NCBI GenBank assembly: GCA_051313645.2 | Contig: JBNRSN020000026.1 | Location: forward strand, 41,850,001 to 41,914,000 | From: Centroscyllium fabricii | Lineage: Eukaryota | Direction: 5' to 3' | DNA length: 64,000 nucleotides | Shown here: piece after piece, positions 48,855-61,652 of the stretch | Position numbering within the stretch: the first letter of the stretch is position 1 | How the letters are laid out: each line of letters opens with the position of its first letter | Program-made: the position numbers and the translations under genes | The notes under the pieces: model-generated | What the model was told of the DNA's origin: nothing | What the model saw: the letters and a program-made list of their open reading frames with translations, nothing else | Databases searched by the model: none

Positions 48855-50834
48855 TTACAGAGAGCCGACACGGGCTCGACATGCTGAATGACCTGCTTCT
48901 GTGCTGTAACCATTCTATGGGGGAAAAATTCGGTATCGCCCTGTTTGGGGCGCTGTTCTGGGTTGTGCACAAAGTTCAGCGCCTGCCGTTAATTATCGCC
49001 TCCAACTGCAAACTTAGCTTTTAATGCCCCTGGAGGTGATTGGAGCGCTAAATCAACACTACACACCTCTCTTAAGGCACAAAGGCTGATGAGCGAGGCG
49101 TTACCTCAGACCGCTAGCAAAGCTCATGTGATGTCAGTCAGCAATGGAACACAGACACACTGGCATCATCCAATTCTTAAAGGAGAGTTCTAACAAATGG
49201 TCATCGACCTGAAATGTTGGGGGAGATTTTCATGTCCCCGTGAGGTGGGGCTTTGGGCGGCCCGGCCAGCAACATTGCGGAACCGGCGGGTCCCGCCCCT
49301 CCCCACCATATCCCCGCCACTTTCTCATTTTCCCCCGCCCAGATTCCCCGCCCCGAAACCTTCCCGCCGCCGACTGGCGGCGATGGGTTGTCACCTCGTT
49401 AAGGGCCCTTAATTGGCATCTTTAATGCCATTTTAAGGGCCCTCAGCCTATTTGCCGTGTTTCCCGCCCTAACCCCGCCACCTTAAACCCCGCTGGGTGA
49501 AACCCAGCGGGAGCACAGTGCTGGTTATTACTTCTGGACTATAACCTGGTGTTGTGTGACTTCTTGAATTTATTACTTTCTCCTTTAAGGTGTGAAGAAC
49601 ATGCTGCCAAATGCTTGGCATGCCTCCAGCACCTTAGAGGAGATAGTAACTCCGTTCTGGTTTCAGCATCAGCTGAGAACAGAAACTGAGCAATCTCAGA
49701 TCTCACCATGTCCTCACAGCCGGTGCCGAGCTGTGAAGGATTCGGAGCCTGCCCGCCCACCTGTCAATCACCACCACTTGGCCTTTCCCATTGGCTCCAT
49801 TCCACTGTGATGTCACAGTGGAGTGTTGCCATGGGACCTGACAACAACCAGTGCTGGAACTGTCAATCAAAGTGCTCACAGCTCCGCTGCAGCCCGACTC
49901 GATTGACCTAATTACCTCCCGCTCCTGCCGGCGGATATTTAATAACCTCATTAACCTAAAATTGCGTGGCCTTCCCAACTGTTTGGGCGGGTGGGACCAG
50001 AAGCTATGACTCTATGGGGGCTAAATTGGTCAGCCCACGTTTTGTGGCGCTGACCTGGACGCTGCGCTATTTTTAGTGCCAGCCCATCGCTGGCGCTGCT
50101 GGTGCCGAAATTCGCCTGCATCGCCCAGCTAAAGCAGGCTGGCCGCCTCGATCTTGGTGCGAGACGGCTGAATATCGGGGCGTGGGCGCGTCGCTGCGCC
50201 AAGGAGCACATAGCGGCGGACCACGGTACTGCAGGCCTTCCTCCCCAGTTAAAGGGGAGGGGCCTAGCACAGCTGCGGCCCGAGCCCCGCGGAGCCGCTA
50301 TGGGAGCAGACTCGTCAGAAGGAGCCCGGCACTGGAGGGAAGTGACGGGCTTAGTTGCCGGAGGCCTGACCCCGCCGGGGAGCAGCGGGGGAGGCCAAGG
50401 GGGAAGGTGCTGGCAGTCAGCCAGCAATAAAAATGGCCGACCGCCACACTCCCCTTTAAGCAGCGCTCCCCTGCTGCTGCTATGGCTCCAAAAAGCTGCC
50501 GCGGGCGGCGCCCAGCGATAAATCGGCGGGCGCTGCCCAATTACAGCTGTAGGCGCCTCCCGGGCACTGCATGGGCTGATGACGTCATTCCCGACGTCCA
50601 GCTGGGCGCTAAATTCATTGGGGCAGAACCAGTTATCCCCCAACTTAGCGCTCAGCTGAATTTCGCGCTGGAGGGGAGCGCCAGCGCTAATTCTGTAGCG
50701 CCTGATTAGCGCCTGTAATGTTACTATCTTAACATTAAATTACTGAGAGCCACACGAGATGAGATTCACTCAAGTACTTTTAATTAGATCTGAATTCCTT
50801 GCTTGCTCAGTGCACTCTCCCCATGTGGCCAAGG

Positions 50835-52148
50835 TCTAATAAGAGACAGTCAGCATGGCTTCGTCAAAGGTAAGTCGTGCCTGACTAATCTGTTGGAATT
50901 CTTTGAGGAAGTAACAAAGAGGGTGGATGAAGGGAGTACTGTGGACGTAGTGTATATGGACTTTAGCAAAGCTTTTGATAAAGTCCCACATAGGAGACTA
51001 ATAACAAAGGTTAGAGCGCACGGGATACAGGGTAACTTGGCACAGTGGATCGAAAATTGGCTGGGGGATAGGAGACAAAGGGTAATGGTAGAGGGCTGCT
51101 TCTGTGACTGGAAACCAGTAACCAGTGGCGTCCCCCAAGGATCGGTTTTGGGACCCTTACTGTTTCTAGTATACATCAACAATTTGGATATGGGAGTAGG
51201 GGGTACGATCAGCAAATTCGCTGATGATACGAAAATCGGAAGGGTGGTAAACAACGATGAGGATAGTAAGGGGCTTCAGGAGGATATAGATATAATGGTT
51301 AATTGGGCAGAAAAATGGCAAATGGAGTTCAACCCAGAGAAATGCGAGGTCATTCAATTCGGTAGACCAAATGGGGTAAGGGAATATACCATGAACAACA
51401 AAACGTTAAATAGGACCGAGGAGCAGAGGGACCTGGGGGTACAGGTGCACAGCTCCCTGAAGGTTGCTGGACACGTTAACAAGGTGGTTAAGAAGGCATA
51501 CGGAATTCTCGCCTTTATTAACCAGGGCATAGTATACAAAAGTAGGGAGGTAATGTTAAAACTGTATAACACACTGGTGAGACCTCAGCTGGAGTACTGT
51601 GTGCAGTTCTGGTCACCGCACTACAGGAAGGATGTGGCTGCCCTGGAGAGGGTGCAGAGAAGGTTTACCAGGATGATACCTGGTCTGGCGGACCTATGCT
51701 ACGAGGAAAGGCTGGACAGGCTGGGGTTGTTTGCCTTGGAGAAAAGAAGGTGGAGGGGTGACATGATTGAGGTGTACAAGATCATGAGGGGACACGATAG
51801 GGTAGACAAAGGGGCATTGTTTCCCCTGGTGGGAGAGTCAAGCACTAGGGGACATAGATTCAAGATCAGGGGGGGGAGGTTTAGGGGGGAGGTAAGGAGA
51901 AATTTCTTTACCCAGAGGGTGGTGGAAGACTGGAACTCCCTGCCTGTGAGGGTGGTGGAGGCAGGAACCATCACAACATTTAAAAAATACTTGGACCAGC
52001 ACATGAAGGACCATAACATACAGGGTTATGGGCCAGGTGCGGGCAACTGGGGTTAGAACAGTGAGGAGTTTTTCTGGGCCGGTGCGGACTGGATGGGCCG
52101 AATGGCCCTTATCCGCACTGTAAAATTTCTATGATTCTATGATTCTAT
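50835..52148 (+). mobile_element. Young 5'-truncated CR1 with uninterrupted RT frame, inserted in the Gypsy C LTR
   Basis: ORF 50803-52056 has no stops; (ATTCTATG)n tail. Confidence 0.93.
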
Positions 52149-52688
52149 GGCTTCCTTTTATACCCAGAGGCTGGTGTCTTTACTGCAGCAGTAAAGCGTA
52201 TCCACCAGCCTATCACAACAGTGCATTACATCATTACATCTCCCCCCTTTTACCCGCAATGATTATTTTGATTTCGCTGCACTTCCTGTTACCCGTGGAA
52301 GTGTAGGGTGCTCTCATGCATTCAATGTTCATTGTCCGGAGGCCATCTGGCTATAAGTTCATTATGACGACTAGCCTCCAGACTCGTTCCGAGTATCTTA
52401 GTGGGGGGGCTGTATGGGTGGTGGACCCCGAATGTTCACTGTCCATGCACCCCCCCCCCGCCTTTGCTCATTGGTCACTGTTCCTTCGTTGGGTGTCCCC
52501 GGTGGGGGAGTTACCTCCGAGGGTCCCTCCCCTGGTGCCGTGCTGTCGCCCTCTTCTTCGACTTCCCTCTGCTGGTCGAACCTCTCTGAGATCTGTCGTA
52601 GGTGCCTCCTGTTGCGCCGATAGATGGCCCCTTCCTCCGTCATTACTTTGTAAGATCGGGGCACCACCTGTTCCATGACCATCGCATG

Positions 52689-54392
52689 CTAGTCCCAGGC
52701 TGTAGGTCCCTCCATCCACATGACCTCCTGTGGATGTAAGGGTTTAAGAGGCGCGGCTGCCTTATCATAATCTCTTTTCTGCCACTCACGCAGTGTCCTG
52801 GCCTTTTTTGCCCACTGCGCGTCTGGGACCCCTGGTGTCCCTTGGCTGGGTAGGCGCGTTCGGATTTTTCTGCCCATGAGTAGCTTGGCTGGGGACCTCC
52901 CACTCTCAAGGGGCACTGCCCTGTAGGCCATCATGGCCAGATATATGTCTGCCCCACTATGGGCTGCTTTCGTCAGGAGGCGCTTGACAATTTGCACTCT
53001 CTTCTCTGCCTTTCCATTTGCCTGGGGGTATTGCGGACTCGATGTGGTGTGCTCAAAGTCATATTCTTTGGCGAATTCTTTAAATTCATAGCTTGCGAAT
53101 TGTGGGCCATTGATGGACACCACTGCGAGGGGAATGCCTAACCGGGCGAATATGGACTTCATATGAGTGATTACCCCTCGGGACGTGGTGCTTGTTAACA
53201 ACGCAATCTCGGGGTAGTTGGAGTAGTAATCGATGAGCAGAAGGTACTCCCTTCCCTCAAAGTGAAACAAGTCCGCCCCCACCTTTTCCCATGGCTGGGT
53301 GGGGAACTCTGGCTGTAAGAGGGGCTCTCTGCGCTGCTTGTGCTGGAACTGTGTGCACGTGGCGCATTCCCCCACCATAGAGTCAATGTCCTCGTTCATC
53401 TTTGGCCAGTATACTGCCTCTCTGGCCCTTTGTTTACATTTCTCCACCCCCAGGTGTCCCTGGTGGATGCGCTGTAGCATCTCTTGCCTCAAAGAGGTCG
53501 GCACCACTATTCGATCTCCTTTTAAGATCACCCCATTTATCATTGAGAGTTCTGTGAGTAGCAGATGATATTGGAGGCAGGAGCCTTTTTTCCACCCGTC
53601 TTGTAAGCTTTTTGCTACCTTCTTGAGAACCGGGTCTCTGGCCGTTTCACTGGCTGTGCGGGGTAACTGCTCCTGTGTCACCGGTAGTGCAGCATAAATC
53701 ACGTTAACTTGCAGGGTCACCTCCTGCTCGGCTGTGGTGTCCTGTGGTTCCCTGTGTGTGGCCTTGGACAGAGTGTTCGCTATGTACATTTGAGTCCCAG
53801 GCACATAGACCAACTCGTAGTCGTACGGTGGCAATTTCATCATTAGTCTTTGCAGCCTGGAGGACATGTCACATAGGTTCTTTTTTGCTATTCCTAAGAG
53901 TGGCTTGTGGTCCGTTTCAAGCACCACCTTGGCTAGGCCGTATATATAAGTGTGAAAATTTTCACAGCCAAAGGTGAGACCCAGACACTCCTTTTCGATT
54001 TGGGCATACCTGGTTTCGGTCTCAGTCATTGAGCGTGAGGCGTACGCCACTGCTCTCCATGCCCCCTCTCCTTGCTGCAGTAGGACCGCCCCCAACCCAT
54101 CCTTGGAGGCGTCCGTGGAGACCTTCATGGGGAGCTCTGTGGAAAAGAACTTGAGAAGTGGTTCGGTTGCCAGGATTTCTTTAAGGCCGTCCCACTCCCT
54201 CTCGTGCTCCCTCTCCCAATGAAACTCTACCTCCCTCTGTAGCAGTTTCCTGAGGTGCGCCGTTCTGCCCGCCAGGTTGGGTATAAATCTGCCCAGGTAA
54301 TTCACCGTGCCTAGCACCCTTTGTATCCCCTTTTGGTCTTGGGGCTTCTGCATTTGGTGAATTGCCCTTACTTTGTCCTTGGCTGGCTGCAC
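52689..54392 (-). pseudogene. Gypsy C pol (RNase H and integrase)
   Basis: STDASKDGLGAVL, YAQIEKE, HQGH..C..C, GADLF; the second integrase Asp is mutated (VSINGPQF). Confidence 0.88.
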
Positions 54393-54462
54393 CCCTTCTA
54401 CCGATATTTTTTCTCCAAGGAATTTTATCTCCTGGACCGCAAATTGGCACTTCTCCCTATTT

Positions 54463-54708
54463 CAGGGGTCCCCAACCTTTGTGCGTTCGCGGCCCATTTT
54501 GGGCTTGTCAATTTCTTCGCGGACCGGTGGGGGGGGCGGGTGCTGATGGAGATTTTTAGGCTCAGCGGTGGGGGGGATGCTGGCGGGGTTTATTAGACTG
54601 ACCGGCGGAGGTGCTGCCTTCCGTCTGTGCCTCGTCTTCCGTCGGCGGAAGGTTCTGAGAATCCGCGCATGCGCCGATTCACAGACCCTGCCGCGGCCAC
54701 TCGATCAA
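54463..54708. mobile_element. hAT-like MITE fragment inserted in Gypsy C RT
   Basis: Begins CAGGGGTCCCCAACC; interrupts GLKL|NREKCQF; no clear TSD. Confidence 0.55.
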
Positions 54709-55681
54709 TAACTTGAGACCATGCATTTTTATGCGCTGTAGTGTTTTTTCGAGCCTGCTGTCATGTTCCCCTTTTGTGGCTCCCCAGATCACGATGTCGT
54801 CCACGTAGACTCTCACCCACTGGAGACCTTCAATAAGCTGCTCCATAGCTCTGTGGAAAATTTCGGGGGCGGAGCTTATTCCAAACGGCAGCCTCTGGTA
54901 AGAATAGCGTCCAAATGGGGTGTTAAAGATACAGAGCTTCACACTTCTATTGTCCAGCCTCAACTGCCAGAACCCGTTTGAGGCATCCATTATTGAAAAG
55001 AATCTGGCTCCAGCCATTTCACTAATTATTTCCACTCTTTTGGGACTTTGATAGTGTTCCCTCCTTATGTTGGAGTTTAAGTCTTTTGGGTCCATACAGA
55101 CTCTGATTTTATCTTGTATTTTTAACAATGACCATGGAATTTACCCAGTCTGTTGGCTCTGTCATTTTTTTGATCACTCCCAGGCTCTCCATGCGGTCCA
55201 GTTCCACTTTTAATTTGTCTTTCAGGGCTACTGGCACTCTCTGTGGTGCGTGGATTACCGGCTGTGCGTTCCCTTTCAGTTTGATCGAATACTCGTGCGG
55301 TAAGGTACACCTCGGGATAATTTCTGGCCACATTGTTAGTTTCAGCCATCTCTGTCCCACTGTGCTCCCTGACCCCGTAAATTATCTTAACTAAACCCAA
55401 GTTTACACAGGTATGAGATCATCCCTCAGTAGCATTTCATGTCCGTCTGGTACGATTATGAACTTGAGGTGGTGCTGCTGGCCTCTGGACATTACTTTAA
55501 GCCAGCACACTCCTCTGGTTTCTACGCGCTGCCCATTGTATGCTTTTAGCACTATATTGCTGCGCACAGTTCTGAGTGCCTTGGCCAGCCTTTTTAAATC
55601 TCGCTGGTAGATTAGGTTTGCTCTGGCCCCTGTGTCCAATTTTAAACGTATCACAGTTCCATTTACTGGCAGGGAAGCTAC

Positions 55682-56659
55682 CTACGTTTCCTCCCCTGCC
55701 CCCATGGCATTCACTGGGAACCCCCCTTCTCTGCCTACCAGGCTTATATACATACAGTTCGCGCTGTGGTGTAGGGATTCCTCGCCCTCGCTCTCCACGC
55801 CATTGACTCTATTTGCCATTGCTGGCCTCCGTCCCGATCTCTCTTCTGCCCCGCAGGTCCTCACGAAGTGGTTCCGTCCGCCGCATTTCGCGCATACCTT
55901 CCCGTATGCTAGGCACCCCCTGGGCGCGTGTCGGTTCCCACATCTTCTGCAGTTCTCCGCCGCCATTGTTGTTCTCACGGTCTGTCCCCAGTCTCGCCAT
56001 CCGTTAGGCGCCGTCGCCACCATTGCTGCCACCCTCGTGGTCTCCTCTGTCTCCTCGTTCTCGGCTTCCTCGTCGTACAGTGCCTCGATCACCCTTCTGG
56101 TGTCCGCAACACTTTTAAATGTTTTCACATGCTTGGCCGCTGCCTTGCTCGATTGGCAAATTCTGATTGTTGAGTCCAAGGTGAGGTCCTTGTCTCGGAG
56201 GAGCCTCTCCTGGACTTTAATGTCCTGCACTCCCCTCACGATCTGGTCCCTTATGAAGGAGTCCTTTAGTGTCCCATAGTTGCAGGATTGGGCATTTTTT
56301 CGCAGGTCTGTCACGAAGACATCGAAGGCTTCTCCCAGCCTCTGCCTCCTTTCCCCAAATAAGAATCTCTCGCAGGTCTCGTTATCCTTCGGGTTGCAGT
56401 GCTGCTCGAATTTTTCCAGTACCTTGTCGAGTATTGTTTTGTCTTCTTCTTCTGCAAAGGCCAGTGTATTATACAAGTCCAAGGCCTGATCTCCTGCCAC
56501 TATTAGGAACAGGGCCACCTTGCAAGGTTCCCCACTGCCTGCAGCATTGATCGCCAGCAGGTAATTCTCGAATTTCTGTTTAAATTGCTCCCAGTGAGCA
56601 GCAACGTTTCCTTCCAGCTGTAGGCTGCTTGGTGGTGTAATCCCTTGTAGAGTAGTCAT
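55682..56659 (-). CDS. Gypsy C gag
   Basis: W..FKQKFE.YL.A, IRDQIVRG, two CCHC knuckles. Confidence 0.85.
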   Translation of the reverse strand: MTTLQGITPPSSLQLEGNVAAHWEQFKQKFENYLLAINAAGSGEPCKVALFLIVAGDQALDLYNTLAFAEEEDKTILDKVLEKFEQHCNPKDNETCERFLFGERRQRLGEAFDVFVTDLRKNAQSCNYGTLKDSFIRDQIVRGVQDIKVQERLLRDKDLTLDSTIRICQSSKAAAKHVKTFKSVADTRRVIEALYDEEAENEETEETTRVAAMVATAPNGWRDWGQTVRTTMAAENCRRCGNRHAPRGCLAYGKVCAKCGGRNHFVRTCGAEERSGRRPAMANRVNGVESEGEESLHHSANCMYISLVGREGGFPVNAMGAGEET

Positions 56660-57687
56660 GTTTACTCCTGGTACCATGTAATGTTACTATCTTAACATTA
56701 AATTACTGAGAGCCACATGAGATGAGATTCACTCTAATACTTTTAATTAGATCTGAATTCCTTGCTTGCTCAGTGCACTCTGGCCATGTGGTCACGATGG
56801 CTTCCTTTTATACTCAGAGGCTGGTGTCTTTACTGCAGCAGTAAAGCGTATCCACCAGCCTATCACGACAGTGCATTACATCATTACAGCGCCCATTTAC
56901 GGGCCGGCGCTAGACCGCCAATTTCACGCCCTATAAATTAATAGGGTGTCCCAAAGTGCTTTACAGCCTATGGACCAGAACCTGCTGTCAATGTAATGGT
57001 GAGGTTAATAGTGCTCGCCGTTAATTATATGTAAATGGTACAGCAACTTCAGGAGAGGCGCAAATAAGCAGTTTAATGTGAATATCCAAAAGTTTCTGTC
57101 CGAGCTGCGCCACTCCACTGTTAGCATTTTGCGGTCAACCTCACCATTAAACTGCATTGAATGTTGTGACGTTGCTGTATTTACACGGTTGATAAAATTG
57201 CCCCAGATATTTTGGGATAGTAATTAGTAGCGTAAATACCCTTACAACAACGTGCTAATTGTTAATTACTGTCAATCAACCTCTCTGGCACTGAAAACGT
57301 ATGTGGAGTCTCATTCCATCAGGTTTTGAATTTTTGGGAGAGATTTTTAAAATGGCAAATTTTAAATTTTAACATGTTTTTTCGCACTTTTTCTTTTTTT
57401 CTCACTCTCTTAATCCTGTCCTTCGTTCCCTCTTTATTTCTCTTTCTGTGCCTGATTTAACATTGAATTCACCCTCCTTCTCATTTCTTCCGTGAGTTTA
57501 TTTTCCAATCCTTAAATCTCGTTGGTTCGTGAGATACCCTATTGGTTGCTCTGTTCACTCAGGGCCCAGGGGTCCTGATTCTTTTGCTGTGTCGTTATCA
57601 GCTTGCACTTTCAACAACTTTGTGGGCAAAAGATTTTTGAGCTGAAGGGTGCAGGGAGCAGGTCTAACGAATGGCAGATGCCATTAG

Positions 57688-58098
57688 ATAGAAACATAGA
57701 AACATAGAAGATAGGAGCAGGAGTAGGCCATTCGGCCCTTTGAGCCCGCTCTGCCATTCGATGAGATCATGGCTGATCATCCAAACCCAGTACCCCGCCC
57801 CTGCCCTCTCCCCATATCCCTCGATCCCTATCGAACCTGCACCGGCACATATCCCACCCTATCCCCGTAACCCCACATATTCAACCCCCCTAACACTAAG
57901 GGTCAATTTATCATGGCCAATCAACCTATCCCGCACATCTTTGGACTGTGGGAGGAAACCGGAGCACCCGGAGGAAACCCACGCAGACACGGGCAGAATG
58001 TGCAAACTCGACACAGATAGTCACCCAAGGCTGGATTTGAACCCGGGTCTCTAGTGCTGTGAGGCAACAGTGCTAACCACTATGCCACCGTGCCACCC
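57688..58098 (-). mobile_element. HE1-like V-SINE, tail type 2
   Basis: Full-length reverse copy. Confidence 0.9.
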
Positions 58099-58284
58099 AC
58101 CTATTGCAAATTCTGGTCCAGTAAAGTACTCTTGAACTGTAGTCACTGTTGTAATGTAGGAAGTCTTCCTATAACCAGATGACAGAATTGAATAATGCAC
58201 TAATCCATAGCATGAGCAAATCAGCATGCAAAAATATCACTGAGCCTTCACCTCGGACAGCTGAGACCCGGACTGAGAAGAATT

Positions 58285-59043
58285 GGGGGGAAAAATTTGG
58301 TGGCGCCCTTTTTTGGGCGCTAATCTCGGCGGTGTGCTACTTTTAATGCCCCAGCCTAACACTGGCACCGTTCCCGCTGATATTCGGTTGTAGCGCCCAA
58401 AGTAGGAGGTTGGGCACTACTGCAGGCACCCGACCTCGTTCTTTAGGCGCTACAACCGAAGTTCCGGCGCTGTGGGCTGAAGTGCCACGCTATGCAGAGT
58501 GCCGCGCCGCAGTACTGCAGGCCTTTCGCCCCTGATTAAAGGGGAGGGGCCTAGCGCGGTTTCGGCCGGAGTCCCGCGGGGCCGCCGTGGGCCGCCGTGC
58601 CGCCGAAGCAGCCCAGCACTCGAGGGAAGTGCCGGGCTCAGTGAGCAGAGGCAGCACACGGGGTGGGGGGGGGGGAGCGGAGGAGGCCGGGGTCGGCAGA
58701 GGGGTAAGGTGTTGGCAGTCGGCCAGCAACAAAAATGGTCGCCCTGCACCCTCCCCTTTAAGCAGCGCTCCCCCGCTGTAAGTACGACAGGCTGAAGCTG
58801 TCGCGGGCAACGTCAGACAGAAAGTCAGTGGGCTCGACTCAATTTCGCTCCCCCAGGCACGAGAGGGTCGCTGTGTGCTCTGATGATGTTATCCCCAGCG
58901 GCGTGGAGCCGCGCGGCGCTACCGGCTACCGCCCACATCAGCACCCCACTCAATATCGTGGGAGGCTCCACACCAGGCTTGCGCCCAATCAGCATCCCTC
59001 TTAGGGCGCTAACGGCAGGTGCAAGCCATCGAATTTCTCCCCC
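58285..59043. mobile_element. GC-rich Harbinger-type MITE
   Basis: GGGGGGAAAAATT/AATTTCTCCCCC ends; internal homology with 50016-50713. Confidence 0.7.
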
Positions 59044-59794
59044 TTAGTCTCCACTGTGGCTACATAGTGCCATCTGTGAAGCAGACTCTCATACTGTTGT
59101 TTCATTTCTATGCCACCATATCATGCCCTCCAGATATCCCAAAAAGCTTCACAACAAAGAAATATTTTTGAGTGCCATGATTGCTGTTATGTCAGCAAAG
59201 GCAACAATATTTGCACACAGCAAGAGTCCACAAACAACAAACAAGTTGAATGACTAATGAATATGCTTTTGGTAGTGTGTGCTTGCCATGATACCAGGAC
59301 AACTCTATTTTCCTCTTCCAATAACATCATGGATTTCCTTTTACATTTATGTGAACCACTAGAATAGGTAGACAGGGTGTTGATTTAACCTCTCATCTTA
59401 AAGATGGCAATGCAGCATTCCCTCAAGAGCTTGAACCTACAATCTTCTGGTACAGGACGTGCGTGCTACCAACTGAACATCCATGCCCTGACTCTCTGAG
59501 TTTATACTTCTAAAGCCAGCTCTCATCTTGGTGGTGGAATCAGGGAGCTGGCTCATGGATACCAGTCCCTGGAATCCAAACTAAAAATGGGCCAGTATAA
59601 AAGCAGCTTAAGAAAGCTAGAGATGACCGAAATTAGACAAACAGTGACGTCCTCAACTTAGCCAGACCATTGGAGTTAAAGTGCTTCCAAACAGGAATGG
59701 AGGTAAAATCAGAGGACAAGTGAGCTCACACTTCAGATCTGCTTCACACCTGGACTATTTCTAAGTGGTTTTACCTGATGTGAGTGTCATCGAT

Positions 59795-60061
59795 TGACGT
59801 ATCATCAATCAAACACGAAAGACGAGTAGTTACCCAAACTACAGGCTTTTATTCACTTACAATGGAGCTAGTCTCCTGTCGAGTTCAAGGCGAGAGTGAG
59901 CGGGGGCAGGGCAGCCCTCACCTATATGCTCCCACCTGAGGGGAGGAGTTAGAGGTGTGGCTGACCTGGCATTGCATACAATGTACAATGTCAAAGGTGA
60001 GCACATCCATATATACACTGGTGAGCACATCAATATATACACTGGTAATACGGTTACCACA
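59795..60061 (-). mobile_element. Solo LTR
   Basis: TG..CA, TSD TCGAT; homologous to 26495-26732. Confidence 0.88.
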
Positions 60062-60199
60062 TCGATAGCTTACAGGCAGTCCTATCGTTCAGCCATAAGG
60101 GCAAATCCATCAGTGAAATAGTTCTAATAATAAAATAACCCCAATATAATTCTGATTCCTCCTTTGGATCTTGCCATCTTCAGCCATCAAGTGAGTTTC

Positions 60200-60550
60200 A
60201 GACAGTTCCAATATGAGTCAATTTTTCAGGGTCAGTTTCGACTCGTTCCCCACATATGAGATGCCCCATAAAGCACAGAGCACCACGCAGTGAGTGGCAC
60301 TTGTTGGATGCCACGTTGAGACCATAGTGTGCTAAGTGACTAAAGACCAATCTGTGTAAAGCTATTTCCACAATGAGTCCGAAGACCGTATTGTCATCCA
60401 GATAATCTAGTGGTGAGATATATTCTGCTTCCTGTCAGCCTGATGGCGGGACATGGCCAAATCGCTGCTTATACAGTGAATGTTCTTCTGCTGATATACT
60501 GGTGATTTTCAGCTCCCCCTTTGCATTCATAAAATCCTCCAAGTCTGAGT
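60200..60550 (-). pseudogene. Ancient Gypsy RT fragment
   Basis: Minus translation YLDD..F..YGLNVASNKC..FMGHLI..VETDPEK. Confidence 0.6.
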
Positions 60551-60555
60551 TTACA

Positions 60556-61652
60556 TAACATAAGAACATAAGAAATACAGGTCCGACACCAATAATCCAG
60601 CACCGGCAGGACCAGGCCGGTGCCGGACTGGTGAAAAATCCGAACGATTGAAGCTTCGGCGAGTGCATGTGCAGACCATTCAAAATGGCCGGCGCGAAGG
60701 CCGACGGTGATTTTGAATGGTCTGCGCATGCGCTCGCCGAAGCATCAATCGTTCAGGGAGGCCCGCGCATGCGCAGCCAAACACGGTGGCCATTTTGCAC
60801 ATGCGCAGACCAGTCTGGCAGTCAGGGAGAGGCCCGCGCATGCGCAGCCAAGCACAGTGGCCATTTTGCACATGCGCAGACCAGTCGGGCAGTCGGGGAG
60901 AGGCCCGGGCATGCGCAGCCAAGCGCGGTGGCCATTTTGCACATGCGCAGACCAGTCTGGCAGTCAGGGAGAGGCCCGGGCATGCGCAGCCAAGCGCGGT
61001 GGCCATTTTGCGCATGCGCAGACTAGTCTGGCAGTCAGGGAGAGGTCCGGGCATGCGCAGCCAAGCGCGGCAGCCATTTTGCGCATGCGCAGACCAGTCG
61101 TCCGGGTTCGTTCCGGACGACCGAAGTTTCCGGATTACCGGTGTCCGGATTAATGGTGCCGGACCTGTAGGAGCTGGAATAGGCCAATTGGCCCCTCGAA
61201 CATGCTCCGTCATTCAATAAGATCATGGCTGATCTTGGGCTCAAAGGCAGTTCCTTACCTGCTCCCCATAACCCTTCACTCCCTTATCTTGCAAAAATCT
61301 GTCTATCTCCACCTTAAATATATCAAATGACACAACCTCCACAGTTCTCTGGGGCAGAGAATTGCAAAGATTTACGACCCTCTGAGAGAAGAAATTCCTC
61401 CTCATCTCAGTTCTAAAAGGGCGACCCTTTTATTCTGAAACTATGCCCCCGAGTTCTAGATTTCCCCACGAGGGGAAACATCCTCTCTGCATCTACCTTG
61501 TCGAGCCCCGTCAGTATCTTATATGTTTCAATAAGATCACCTCTCATTCTTCTCAATTCCAATGAGTAGAGGCCCAACCTGTTCAACCTTTCTTCACAAG
61601 TCAACCCCCTCATCTCAGGAACCAACCGTGTGAATCGTCTCTGAACTGCCTC
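60556..61652 (-). mobile_element. CR1 3' end
   Basis: ORF 61413-61625; (TTCTTATG)n tail at 60556-60577. Confidence 0.85.
60578..61167. mobile_element. Tigger-like MITE with 71-bp tandem repeat, inserted in a CR1 tail
   Basis: TIR CAGGTCCG.CACCA.TAATCC, TA TSD. Confidence 0.87.

Larger units (their letters stand above)
45618..48918 (+). mobile_element. CR1 LINE fragment interrupted by two MITEs
   Basis: RT ORF pieces 45618-45944, 46054-46419 and 47657-48160; tail resumes after 48857. Confidence 0.88.
50714..56888 (-). mobile_element. Gypsy C, near full-length and decayed
   Basis: LTRs 56677-56888 and 50714-52238 (split by CR1); TSD GCGCC; PBS TGGTACCAGGAGT (tRNA-Leu-like); PPT AAAAGGGGGGAGA. 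Confidence 0.93.
50016..56931. mobile_element. GC-rich Harbinger-type MITE (about 740 bp) split by Gypsy C
   Basis: GGGGGCTAAATTGG..CCAATTTCACGCCC, TSD TAT. Confidence 0.75.
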
